A stretch of DNA of 64,000 nucleotides from Candidatus Limnocylindria bacterium (GTDB lineage: Bacteria > Chloroflexota > Limnocylindria > QHBO01). Below, piece after piece: positions 9,612 through 18,364 of the stretch. The DNA is taken from NCBI GenBank assembly GCA_050692055.1, contig JBOGTC010000155.1, forward strand, positions 11,798 through 75,797, in the 5' to 3' direction. The translations under genes were made by a program, and so were the position numbers. The notes beneath the pieces are model-generated. The model was given only the letters and a program-made list of their open reading frames with translations, had not been told where the DNA came from and made no database searches. Position 1 is the first letter of the stretch, and each line of letters starts with the position of its first letter.

Positions 9612-10607
9612 ATGGCCGAGACCGTGGCGGTCGAGCGGAGGCAGGGAGGCGGAGGACGGCGGATCGCCTATCTCTTCGTCCTCCCCGCCGCGCTCGTCTT
9701 CGCGCTGTTCTACCTGTGGCCGGCGTTCAACACGATCGTGTCGAGCCTCTTCACGTGGAGCATCCTGGCACCGTGGCAGGTGGCGGATCCGGGCTCATGG
9801 CGCTTCGCCGGCCTGGACAACTACGCCGATGTCCTGACCGACGGCCGGTTCTGGAATGCGGCGCTGAACACCGCCGTCTGGCTGGTCCTGTTTCCGGTGA
9901 TCGCCACGTTCCTGTCGCTGGCCCTGGCGATCCTGGTGTGGGAGGTGGGACATGCCGCGCGCGCCTACCGCACCGTGTTCGTGCTGCCGATGACGGTCTC
10001 GCTCACCGCGGCCGGGGTGCTGTGGGTCCTCGTCTACAACCCTGACTTCGGCGTCCTGCCTGCCGCGCTGCGCGCAGTGGGCCTCGAGGGCGCCACCCTC
10101 GATGCGGGACCCCTCCAGCTGCGCCTCACCGACTGGCTCTCCGATCCGGGATCGCTGGCTCTGGGACCCGTGACCATCGACCTCGTCAACCTCTCGGCGA
10201 TCATGCCTGCCATCTGGGCGCTGACCGGGTTCGGCGTCATCAGCTTCACCGCGGGGCTCACCGCGATCAGCCCCGAGCTCATCGAGGCGGCCCGGGTGGA
10301 GGGTGCCAACCGTTTCCAGGTCGCACGCCACGTGGTGGTGCCGCAGCTGCGCGGCGCCATGGTGATCGTGGCGGTGGTCTTCATCATCTACGCGCTGCGC
10401 ACGTTCGACGTGGTGTGGGTCACCACGCAGGGCGGCCCCGGCACGGACTCGGAGGTCGTGGCAATCCTGCTCTGGCGCGAGGCGCTCGCCTTCTTCGACA
10501 CACCATCGGCGGGGCATGCGACGGCCATCGCGGTCCTGCTCAGCGCCGTGATGGTGATCGGAGCCTACCCGTACCTGCGCCGGCTGCTGCGGGAGGCGCC
10601 GGGATGA
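9612..10607 (+). CDS. Carbohydrate ABC transporter permease (MalF-like)
   Basis: 331-aa polytopic membrane ORF within an ABC operon. Confidence 0.85.
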   Translation: MAETVAVERRQGGGGRRIAYLFVLPAALVFALFYLWPAFNTIVSSLFTWSILAPWQVADPGSWRFAGLDNYADVLTDGRFWNAALNTAVWLVLFPVIATFLSLALAILVWEVGHAARAYRTVFVLPMTVSLTAAGVLWVLVYNPDFGVLPAALRAVGLEGATLDAGPLQLRLTDWLSDPGSLALGPVTIDLVNLSAIMPAIWALTGFGVISFTAGLTAISPELIEAARVEGANRFQVARHVVVPQLRGAMVIVAVVFIIYALRTFDVVWVTTQGGPGTDSEVVAILLWREALAFFDTPSAGHATAIAVLLSAVMVIGAYPYLRRLLREAPG

Positions 10608-11449
10608 GCGGACGGCTGCGCGCGGTCGGATCGATCTGGTGGATCTATCTGCTGCTGAGCGTCCTGTCGATCCTGTGGCTGGTGCCGGTCATGACCGTAA
10701 TGATGACTGCCGTGCGGCCGCTCGGCGAGATCCGCGGCGGGTGGTGGGACATCGCCGGCGCGAGCTTCACGCTCGATAACTTCGTGGGCGCCTGGTCGGA
10801 GGCCGATCTGGGCTCAAAGGCGATCAACAGCCTGATCATCACCGGCTTCAGCGTTGCCTCGACGGTGGGCGTGGGGTCGCTGGCGGCATACGCGTTCGTG
10901 CGGCTGCGCTTCACCGGCCGCGGGCTGCTCTATTTCCTGCTCATCAGCACCATGATCGTGCCGGTCCAGATCATCCTCATCCCGCTGCTGCCGTGGTTCC
11001 GGACCCTCGGCTTCGCGGAGGGCACCTGGCAGCCGTTCCTGGGGATGGTCCTGGTTCACACCGCCTTCGGCCTGGGCTGGGCGGTCTTCATGATGGGCGC
11101 CTTCATGGCCGATGTCCCGAAGGAGCTGACCGAGGCCGGCCAGATCGACGGCGCCGGGCACTTCGAGATCTTCCGCCGCATCGTGCTGCCGCTGGCCCTG
11201 CCGGGGATCGTCAGCTTCGCGATCATCGACTTCGTGTTCGTCTGGAACGACCTGCTGCTGGGACTGACCCTGCTCGATGCCGACCACGCGCCGCTGACGG
11301 TGGGCATCGCCAACCTGCAGTCGGCTCACCTGGCGCAGCAGGACGTGATCAGCGCCGGTGCGCTGCTGGCCATCCTTCCGCCCCTCGTGCTGTTCGTTGC
11401 GCTGAACCGCTACTACGTGCGCGGCCTCTTCTCTGGCGGCGTCAAGTAA
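10604..11449 (+). CDS. Carbohydrate ABC transporter permease (MalG-like)
   Basis: Start at ATG 10604 (MSGRLRAVGSIWW...), with ATGA overlap on the upstream permease stop. Polytopic membrane protein. Confidence 0.85.
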   Translation: MSGRLRAVGSIWWIYLLLSVLSILWLVPVMTVMMTAVRPLGEIRGGWWDIAGASFTLDNFVGAWSEADLGSKAINSLIITGFSVASTVGVGSLAAYAFVRLRFTGRGLLYFLLISTMIVPVQIILIPLLPWFRTLGFAEGTWQPFLGMVLVHTAFGLGWAVFMMGAFMADVPKELTEAGQIDGAGHFEIFRRIVLPLALPGIVSFAIIDFVFVWNDLLLGLTLLDADHAPLTVGIANLQSAHLAQQDVISAGALLAILPPLVLFVALNRYYVRGLFSGGVK

Positions 11450-11498
11450 GCGGTCCCCGGCCCCCGAGCAGTGGCTGCTTCCCGTAATGCTCGCCTGC

Positions 11499-11639
11499 TG
11501 CAACTTATCCGAGCACCCGGCGCGTCGCGATCCACTCTCCGAGGCTCTCCGAGGCCGCAGCTTCGGTTAGTGCTCCGCTACGGGCACATTGATCCGATGT
11601 GACCGCCGCCGCATGCCGTCCCTACTCCGATAAGTTGCA
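11499..11639. repeat. Intergenic inverted-repeat element A (arms TGCAACTTATCcGAG / CTCcGATAAGTTGCA)
   Basis: 15-bp arms with one mismatch at 11499-11513 and 11625-11639. Internal CCGAGGC short repeats. Confidence 0.6.
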
Positions 11640-11732
11640 CACGCGCGGCAAGCGCCACCAGGCGAGCGAAGCCGGGAGAGGCCGCAGGCATGTTGACCCC
11701 ACTCCGCGCAGAGTGGGCTTCCCGCGGCGTCG

Positions 11733-11738
11733 TATAGT
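11733..11738 (+). promoter_or_regulatory. -10 box TATAGT, 7 nt upstream of the histidine kinase ATG (leaderless layout)
   Basis: Sequence cgTATAGTggaatccATG. Confidence 0.4.
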
Positions 11739-11745
11739 GGAATCC

Positions 11746-13419
11746 ATGGGGGACCGCCCACGATCTCCAGACGCCAACGGCGGTGCGCCGAGCAGGCCGG
11801 CGCGCCCGGAGCAGAGCCTCGACGATCGACTCATCGAATCAGAGCGCCGATTCAGCGAACAGGCCGTGCTCGAGGAGGCGCTGCGCCGCCAGTCGCTCGA
11901 GCTGGCGCGGCAGATGGAGTCCCAGCGGCGCCTGCTCGCCATCAACGAGAAGCTGCTCTCGATGCGCGACTCGCGCGAGGTGCTCGAAACCATCGCGGCC
12001 AGCCTCAAGCAGGTGGTCAGCTACGACAACCTCGGCATCTACCGCGTCGACCGCGAGGCGCAGGTGCTGCGCCCCGTCCTGGCCCGCGATCGGAATGCGA
12101 CCGAGGTGCTCGCCTACCCGGTGCCCTTCGGCAAGGGCCTGATGAATTGGGCGGTATCGCACCAGGAGCCGCTTCTCATCAACGACGCATTGAGTGACCC
12201 GCGCGCGATCCAGATCCCGGACACGCCCTTGGAGCCGGAGGCGATCGTGATCGTGCCGCTGGTCGTGGAGGGCGAGGTGTTGGGCGCACTCAACATCGGG
12301 CGCGTGGGGCGGGAGGAGGTCGCGTTCAGCGACACCGATTTCGAGCTGGTCCAGCTGTTCGCCAGCCAGGCCGCGATCGCCGTCGCCAACGCCCGCCTGT
12401 ACGACGAGCTGCAGGAGTCGGAGCGCCGCTACCGGTATCTCGTCGACCACTCGCCGGATATCGTCTGGTCGGTCGACGCCGAGGGACGCCTCACATTCCT
12501 CTCGGATTCCCTCCATGAACGAACCGGCTGGCAGCCGGCCGATCTCCTGGGCCGCCACTTCGGGATCCTGACCGATGCCGAGGCCCGCCCCGAGGCCGAC
12601 GCCGCGTTCCGCCGCATGCGCGAGCAGCCGGGCAAGGAGCAACGCCTGCGCATCGAGCTTCGGCTGAAGGGCAACCGTCGCGCGCCGGTGGAGATCACGA
12701 TGATCGGGAGCGAGGTGGACGGACGATTCACCGGCGCGCACGGAGCGGTCCGTGACGTGACCGAGCGTGAGCGTCTCGAGCTCTCGCTGCGCGAGCAGGC
12801 AGGGGAGCTGGCCGCTTCGGCCGAGCGCGCCAACCTCGCCCGCGAGCTTCACGACTCGGTGACGCAGGCGCTGTTCTCCATCGGCCTCACCCTGCGCAGC
12901 CTCGACCTCCTTCTGGAGACCGATGTCGACGCCGCGCGCACGAAGCTCATCGAGCTGCGCGAGCTTCAACGCGACGCGTTGTCCGAAATGCGCTCGCTCA
13001 TCTTCGAGCTGCGGCCGACGGACCTGGAGCAGGAAGGGCTGACCGCCGCCCTCCGCAGCCATGCATCCGCCGTCCAGGGACGCACCGGGTTGTCGGTCAG
13101 CGTCGACGCGGAGCTCCCGTCCCGGCCCGGGCTCGAGATCGAGGAGGCCCTCTATCGCATCGCCCAGGAGGCGCTGCACAACGTGGTGAAGCATGCCAAC
13201 GCCGGCGAGGTGCAGATCGGCCTCAGCGCGAACGGCGGCACCGTGTGCCTGACGGTTGCCGACGACGGCATCGGGTTCGATCCGGACTCGGTCGCTCGGG
13301 GACACATCGGCCTCATCGGCATGCGCCAACGGGCGGATCAGATCGGGGCCGAGCTGAGGATCAGCAGCACGGTGGGCGCCGGGACGCGCGTGGAGGTGTC
13401 CGCGCCGGCGGGGGATTGA
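11746..13419 (+). CDS. Cytoplasmic GAF-PAS sensor histidine kinase (HisKA_3/NarL-partner type)
   Basis: GAF-like and PAS-like regions are followed by the H-box ARELHDSVTQALF and a HATPase_c region (HNVVKHA, DDGIGF, GLIGMRQRA). No response regulator is adjacent. Confidence 0.85.
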   Translation: MGDRPRSPDANGGAPSRPARPEQSLDDRLIESERRFSEQAVLEEALRRQSLELARQMESQRRLLAINEKLLSMRDSREVLETIAASLKQVVSYDNLGIYRVDREAQVLRPVLARDRNATEVLAYPVPFGKGLMNWAVSHQEPLLINDALSDPRAIQIPDTPLEPEAIVIVPLVVEGEVLGALNIGRVGREEVAFSDTDFELVQLFASQAAIAVANARLYDELQESERRYRYLVDHSPDIVWSVDAEGRLTFLSDSLHERTGWQPADLLGRHFGILTDAEARPEADAAFRRMREQPGKEQRLRIELRLKGNRRAPVEITMIGSEVDGRFTGAHGAVRDVTERERLELSLREQAGELAASAERANLARELHDSVTQALFSIGLTLRSLDLLLETDVDAARTKLIELRELQRDALSEMRSLIFELRPTDLEQEGLTAALRSHASAVQGRTGLSVSVDAELPSRPGLEIEEALYRIAQEALHNVVKHANAGEVQIGLSANGGTVCLTVADDGIGFDPDSVARGHIGLIGMRQRADQIGAELRISSTVGAGTRVEVSAPAGD

Positions 13420-13428
13420 GGGCGAGGA

Positions 13429-13504
13429 TGGAGCGGGAGACGAGGCTCGAACTCGCGACATCCACCTTGGGAAGGTGGCGCTCTACCAACTGAGCTACTC
13501 CCGC
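13429..13504 (-). tRNA. tRNA-Gly (anticodon CCC), CCA encoded
   Basis: Minus strand reads GCGGGAGTAGCTCAGTTGGTAGAGCGCCACCTTCCCAAGGTGGATGTCGCGAGTTCGAGCCTCGTCTCCCGCTCCA, which folds as a cloverleaf. Anticodon loop is TTCCCAA. Confidence 0.9.
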
Positions 13505-13563
13505 CCGCGAGCCGGTCCGATCATAGCGCGGCACCGTCGCCGCGTCACTCGGACACGATGCGC

Positions 13564-14259
13564 TCAGCTCGCTGCGGCGCGGGCGGCCAGCTGGCGCAGG
13601 GCCCGATTCGGGTCGCGGCGCCACGGCGGGTAGTGGGACAGCGCGATCGTCTCCACATCGAGGGCGGCAAGGCGGTCGATGGTCGCGCAGGCCTGGGCGT
13701 AGTCATGGCTGAAGAGCGAGCTGGCGTATGTCAGGCGCCCGCGGATCACCTGCAGCACGTCGCCGGTGAACAGCAACCGATGGCGCTCGGCGTACAGGCA
13801 GATGCTGCCCGGCGTGTGGCCCGGGGTGTGGACCACGCGCAGGCCGCCCAGGACCGGGATGACGTCTCCATCCTCGACCGGCTCGGCGTCCGCCGGTGTC
13901 CGGGTCATGTAGGCGATCATGCGGTTGTGGCGGGCGACGCCGTCATCGGTCCGTGTCATGACCTGTCGCAGGCTCAGGCGCAGGCCGGCGAGGTCGGCGG
14001 GGTGCATGAGGACCGATACGTGCTCGCGGTCACGGACCAGCTCGTGGAGGCCGCCGATGTGATCAGGGTGGCCGTGCGTGCACACGATGCGCTCGACATC
14101 GTCCAGCGAACGCCCGATCGCGCGCAGACGGCGCTCGATCGCGCGCCGCGCGCCGATCATGCCGGCATCGATCAGCGTGACGCCCTGGCCCGGCTCGGCG
14201 ATCAGGAAGGTGTCGGCGCCCAGCAGCCGCACCTGGTGGACGCCGGGGGCGATCTCCAT
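13564..14259 (-). CDS. MBL-fold metallo-hydrolase
   Basis: HGHPDHIGG (HxHxDH) motif in a 231-aa ORF. Confidence 0.8.
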   Translation of the reverse strand: MEIAPGVHQVRLLGADTFLIAEPGQGVTLIDAGMIGARRAIERRLRAIGRSLDDVERIVCTHGHPDHIGGLHELVRDREHVSVLMHPADLAGLRLSLRQVMTRTDDGVARHNRMIAYMTRTPADAEPVEDGDVIPVLGGLRVVHTPGHTPGSICLYAERHRLLFTGDVLQVIRGRLTYASSLFSHDYAQACATIDRLAALDVETIALSHYPPWRRDPNRALRQLAARAAAS

Positions 14260-14295
14260 CGTCGGAAGATCATACGGCCGCTCGGCGCGGCGGCT

Positions 14296-14601
14296 CTACC
14301 GCAGCCAGAAGAGCCAGATGGCGTCGGCGACGCCCACGACCGCCCAGAAGCCAATGATCAGCGTGGGCCTGCGCAGGATGCATTTCGACCAGCTCACGCC
14401 CAGCGTGATGGAGCGCGCATAGAGGCCGATGGCGACCACGGACACCAGCAGCACGAAGACCGGCGGCGTCAGGACCCAGGCGATCAGCCCGGTCGTCCCC
14501 ATCTTGCAGAACGTGAAGGCCGCCTTCTCCCACTTCTCGGCCGGCGTCAAGGGCGGGCGGGCGAGCGCGGATGCGGAGACGTGGCCGGCGACGGTGCTCA
14601 T
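14296..14601 (-). CDS. Small integral membrane protein (101 aa), last gene of the radical-SAM operon
   Basis: MSTVAGHV... with about 3 hydrophobic helices. ATGA overlap with the radical SAM stop at 14598-14601. Confidence 0.5.
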   Translation of the reverse strand: MSTVAGHVSASALARPPLTPAEKWEKAAFTFCKMGTTGLIAWVLTPPVFVLLVSVVAIGLYARSITLGVSWSKCILRRPTLIIGFWAVVGVADAIWLFWLR

Positions 14602-16166
14602 GGCCGCGCGCTCGAGACGAGCCCGTCGAGCTGGACCAGCTGGCGAGCCCCCACCTGGCCGGCAGACGTCCGCTGCCGCAGCGAGCCGAAGAGCTGGCGC
14701 GCGCAGAACGGGATGCGCACCGGGTCCGAATCGCCGTCCACCGAGCCGACGTGCACGCAGCACTGCTGCAGGCGCTCGATGTTGAGCGTCCAGGCGTCCA
14801 TGAAGCTCTTCACGCTCAGGCGCTTCGTGCGCCGTCCGACTTCCGCCGCGGCTCCGGCCCGTCCGCCACGCACATAGCCGCCGACGCTGCGGAAGAATCC
14901 CGACAGGCCGATGTCGCAGGCCTCGCAGATATTGACGAGGTAGTCGACCAGCTCGGGGCGGCTGACCGTGGTCGTCTCGCTCATCATGCCGATGAGCGCC
15001 TCCCACAGCCCGTCGTCGGCCGCGATGCGGTTGCCCACCAGGCCCAGGTTGGCCCTCAGCCGCTCGAGCCCCACCAGGCTCGGGATGGACCGATGCCGCC
15101 CGTCGTCGCCGCGCACGAAGTAGGTGATGGCGCAGCAGTCGGGGTGGCTGCAGGGCAGGGCGATGAAGTCCTCGGCGCCGGCGCGGCCGTTCGACTGCGG
15201 CCCGATGCGCTTGAGCACCCCGGTGGTCGTCATCCGACGCATCGGGTCAATGGCGTTCGAGCGGCCGGAGCCGAAGACGGGCTGGTAGGCGACGCCGGCG
15301 ATGAAGTCGGTGTCGAAGGCGTACTCGGCCACGCGCCCGATCTCGTGGTCGTTGACGCCGTCGGCGACGACCATGACCAGGGTGGTGAAGATGCCGGCAT
15401 CGGTCAGGCGCCGAATGGCGGCCTCCTTCATGTGGCGCAGGTCCTCGCCGCGGTGGTGCAGGTGGGTGGCGAGCTCGAAGCCGTCGAACTGGAGGTAGAC
15501 CTCGACCCGGTCGCGCAGGTCGGCCAGGGCGGCCAGGAAGGCGTCGTCGCGCGCCACGCGGATGCCGTTGGTGTTGAGCAGGACGCGGGTCACCTTGCGA
15601 GCTGTGGCCTCGCGGATGATCTCGACGATCTCGGGGTGCACCGTGGGATCGCCGCCGGAGAGCATGAGCACGTCGATCTTCCCGCCTTCGCGCTCGATAG
15701 ACGCGTCGAGGGTGCGCAGGATGTGCGGCAGTCGCGCATAGCGGCCGATCCCCGGGCCCGACTCGGCGAAACAGGTCGGGCAGCGCAGGTTGCAGTTCTC
15801 GGTGACGTCGACGAGGAGGATGCAGGAGTGCTGCGTCTGGAGCTCGCCCAGACCCTGGCCGTAGCCCATCGGGATGGGCAGCACGTTATCCGGCGTATCG
15901 GGGATGATCTCGCGGGTCGGCACGCGCCACTGCTGCAGGTACTCCCACAGCTCGTAGTCCTCGTCGTAGAGGCTGACCACCTCGCCGTGCCCGCGACGGC
16001 AGTGGCGGCGGAGGTAGACCGATCCGTCCTGCAGCACGAGGTTGCCCTGCAGGATGTCGGTGGCATAGTCGACCTCGCGGTCGGGTTCCTCGGTGAAGCA
16101 TCGGCCGCAGACGGTCAGCACCATCCGCAGCGGGGTGTAGGGTCGGAGCGGAAGTGCGGTGGTCAT
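14598..16166 (-). CDS. Radical SAM protein (522 aa) with an N-terminal Cys/His mini-domain and a Cys-rich C-terminal domain
   Basis: CNLRCPTC (CX3CX2C), SGGDPT, LLNTNG; N-terminal CGRC...HCRRGH; C-terminal CSHPDCC, QQCCVHV, IPFCARQ. Start at ATG 16166 (MTTALPLRPY), with ATGA overlap on the upstream gene. Confidence 0.85.
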   Translation of the reverse strand: MTTALPLRPYTPLRMVLTVCGRCFTEEPDREVDYATDILQGNLVLQDGSVYLRRHCRRGHGEVVSLYDEDYELWEYLQQWRVPTREIIPDTPDNVLPIPMGYGQGLGELQTQHSCILLVDVTENCNLRCPTCFAESGPGIGRYARLPHILRTLDASIEREGGKIDVLMLSGGDPTVHPEIVEIIREATARKVTRVLLNTNGIRVARDDAFLAALADLRDRVEVYLQFDGFELATHLHHRGEDLRHMKEAAIRRLTDAGIFTTLVMVVADGVNDHEIGRVAEYAFDTDFIAGVAYQPVFGSGRSNAIDPMRRMTTTGVLKRIGPQSNGRAGAEDFIALPCSHPDCCAITYFVRGDDGRHRSIPSLVGLERLRANLGLVGNRIAADDGLWEALIGMMSETTTVSRPELVDYLVNICEACDIGLSGFFRSVGGYVRGGRAGAAAEVGRRTKRLSVKSFMDAWTLNIERLQQCCVHVGSVDGDSDPVRIPFCARQLFGSLRQRTSAGQVGARQLVQLDGLVSSARP

Positions 16167-16600
16167 ATCAGCACCGGTCCACTCATTGCCATACACGTCC
16201 CGCCGAGCAGGAGGGCGGAGATGAGCGGCGCCACCAGGGCCACGGCCATGCCCCGACCAAGAAGCGCGCGACCGATCAAGCCTGATAGCCCCAAGCCGAT
16301 CAGCAGCACCACGCCCAGCACCACCACCACGATCCAAACGTAGTCCGCGCTCGTCGCTCCCAGCAGGAGCCAGACGGTGGCCACCGCCAGGGCGGCCACG
16401 TGCAGGCCGATCGCCCACCGCCAGAATCGCGATCGAATGGCGCGGGCCTCAGCCAGCTGAGGCCCACGCGCCTCCATCTCACGTAGCGCCGCGTCGATCT
16501 CGGCCGGGTCGTGCCCGGCCGCGATCAGCTGCTTCCGCAGCGCCTCGGTGGTGTACTTGGATCCATGCTCGCGCAGGTACGCCTCGATCTCGGGTCGCAT
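16163..16600 (-). CDS. Membrane protein (145 aa) with a soluble helical N-terminal domain
   Basis: MRPEIEAYLREHGSKYTTEALRKQL... followed by 3-4 hydrophobic helices. SD GGGAG lies inside the end of the upstream gene. Confidence 0.55.
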   Translation of the reverse strand: MRPEIEAYLREHGSKYTTEALRKQLIAAGHDPAEIDAALREMEARGPQLAEARAIRSRFWRWAIGLHVAALAVATVWLLLGATSADYVWIVVVVLGVVLLIGLGLSGLIGRALLGRGMAVALVAPLISALLLGGTCMAMSGPVLI

Positions 16601-16604
16601 GTGT

Positions 16605-17417
16605 CTATCTCCCTTCCATGGCGATCAATGGTTGCGGCTTCGGGACGTGGTACACGCCGCCTCGCAGCTGTCGCGCGAAATGCAGAAGCAGGAGCGCGAC
16701 GAGCGGGATGAGGACGAGCTGCGGCCCGGTGAGGCCCAGCGCCTGCACCTCGTTGCCGCGCACGAACTCGACGCCGAAGCGGAAGAGGCCGTAGGCGAGC
16801 AGGTAGGCCTTGAGGGTGTCGCCGCGGACCGGGAGCAGCGGTCCACGCGCGGCGATCACTCCGAAGGCGGCGGCGTGGAAGCCGATCTCGTACAGCATGC
16901 TGGGGTGCATCGGTCCGTCGCAGCCAGGGCAGCGCGGGAAGGCCGCGGCGGTGGAGGCGTCGACGGTCATCGCCCACGGCAGGTCGGCCGGCGTGCCCAG
17001 CGGCAGCTCCGACAGGAAGCAGCCCACGCGGCCGATGGCGAGGGCCAGCGGGATGGCGGCGGCGTAGTAGTCGCCGGTCGAGACGGTGTAGCCAAGGGCG
17101 CGCTTGGACAGCACGATCGCCAGGTACCCGCCGGCCAGGCCGCCGATGATGCTCTTCGGCCCGTGGGTCAGCACGTAGCTCAGCGGCAGGCCAGCGGCGG
17201 CCACGTCGCCGATCGCCTCCCAGCTGGTCAGCAGGCGCGCGCCGACGGCGCCGCCCAGCAGCGCGCTCAGGCTGATCACAACGATGCGCGAGCCGAGCAT
17301 GCCGTCGCGGCGGAGCGCGCGGTAGTAGAGGGTGAAGCCGGCGACCAGGCCGAGCACGGTGAAGGCGTCGTGGGTCGCGATCGTCAGCGGGCCGATCTCG
17401 GCGAGGATCGGATGCAC
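16605..17417 (-). CDS. Divergent prolipoprotein diacylglyceryl transferase (Lgt) family paralog
   Basis: Polytopic membrane protein with an HPSMLYE motif. The Lgt signature region reads GRVGCFLSE instead of GRxGNFxNxE, and there is an extra CPGC insert. Confidence 0.75.
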   Translation of the reverse strand: MHPILAEIGPLTIATHDAFTVLGLVAGFTLYYRALRRDGMLGSRIVVISLSALLGGAVGARLLTSWEAIGDVAAAGLPLSYVLTHGPKSIIGGLAGGYLAIVLSKRALGYTVSTGDYYAAAIPLALAIGRVGCFLSELPLGTPADLPWAMTVDASTAAAFPRCPGCDGPMHPSMLYEIGFHAAAFGVIAARGPLLPVRGDTLKAYLLAYGLFRFGVEFVRGNEVQALGLTGPQLVLIPLVALLLLHFARQLRGGVYHVPKPQPLIAMEGR

Positions 17418-17446
17418 GGCCCGACCCTACGGCAGGCGCCCTGCGG

Positions 17447-18364
17447 TCAGACTGCGGCGCTGTTCAGCAGCCGTCGATACGAGTCGTAGCGCCCCTCTGA
17501 GATCGCGCCGGACTCGACGGCGGCGCGTACGGCGCAACGCGGCTCGTGCAGGTGGCTGCAATCATTGAACGCGCAGCCGCCGAGGAATGGCCGGAACTCG
17601 ACGAAGCACCAGGCGAGCTCGGTGGACGGGATCTGCCACAAGCCCAGCTCGCGGATGCCGGGCGTATCGGCCACGAAGCCGCCCTCGACGGGATGCAGCT
17701 CGGCCACCGAGGTCGTGTGCCGGCCCTTGCGCAGCGCCTCGCTGACGTCGGCCGTCGCCAGGCGCAGTCCGGGCTGGATGAGGTTGAGCAGCGTTGACTT
17801 GCCCACGCCTGACGGGCCGGCAACGATCGACAGGCGGCCCGCCAGACGCTGCCGGAGATCGTCGACCCCGTCACCGGTCCGGGCGCTGGCATACACGACC
17901 TCGTAGCCGATGGACCGATACGGCTCGAACATGCGCTCGGGCTCGTCGGCGCCGACGAGGTCCACCTTGTTGGCCACGACGATCGCCTCGATCTCGTTCT
18001 GCTCGGCCACGACCAGGAAGCGGTCGACCAGCCGGGGGTTCGGCGGCGGATCGGCGCAGGCGAAGACCGCCACGACGAGGTCGAGGTTGGCGACCATCAC
18101 GTCCTCGCGCCATGAGCCGCGCGGGCCGGGCTGGCGGCGGCTGAAGCGGCTGCGTCGCGGAGCGACCTCCTCGATGATGCCGGTCCCTTCGGGAAGCAGG
18201 CTGACCCTGACGCGGTCGCCGATGACGGCCAGGTCGCTCGACTGGCGCGTTCTCTTGAGCAGGCCGCGGATGCGGCACTCGACGAGCTCCGACTTCCCGT
18301 CCAAAGCGACGGTGTAGAAGCCGGATCGAGCGCGCAGCACGGTTCCGGTGAGCGTGTCGTTCAT
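17447..18364 (-). CDS. rsgA: Ribosome small-subunit-dependent GTPase A
   Basis: Circularly permuted GTPase motifs (VANKVDLV then GPSGVGKSTLLN) and a C-terminal zinc knuckle (C..C.H..EP.C). Start at ATG 18364, with ATGA overlap on the upstream GNAT. Confidence 0.85.
   Translation of the reverse strand: MNDTLTGTVLRARSGFYTVALDGKSELVECRIRGLLKRTRQSSDLAVIGDRVRVSLLPEGTGIIEEVAPRRSRFSRRQPGPRGSWREDVMVANLDLVVAVFACADPPPNPRLVDRFLVVAEQNEIEAIVVANKVDLVGADEPERMFEPYRSIGYEVVYASARTGDGVDDLRQRLAGRLSIVAGPSGVGKSTLLNLIQPGLRLATADVSEALRKGRHTTSVAELHPVEGGFVADTPGIRELGLWQIPSTELAWCFVEFRPFLGGCAFNDCSHLHEPRCAVRAAVESGAISEGRYDSYRRLLNSAAV

Noticed and set aside
13429-17417. tRNA-Gly considered as the attachment site of a genomic island carrying the radical SAM operon.
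   Set aside because: There is no integrase and no direct repeat of the tRNA 3' end. Composition and GGACCGAT density match the surroundings, and the flanking genes (rsgA, MBL hydrolase) are housekeeping-like.
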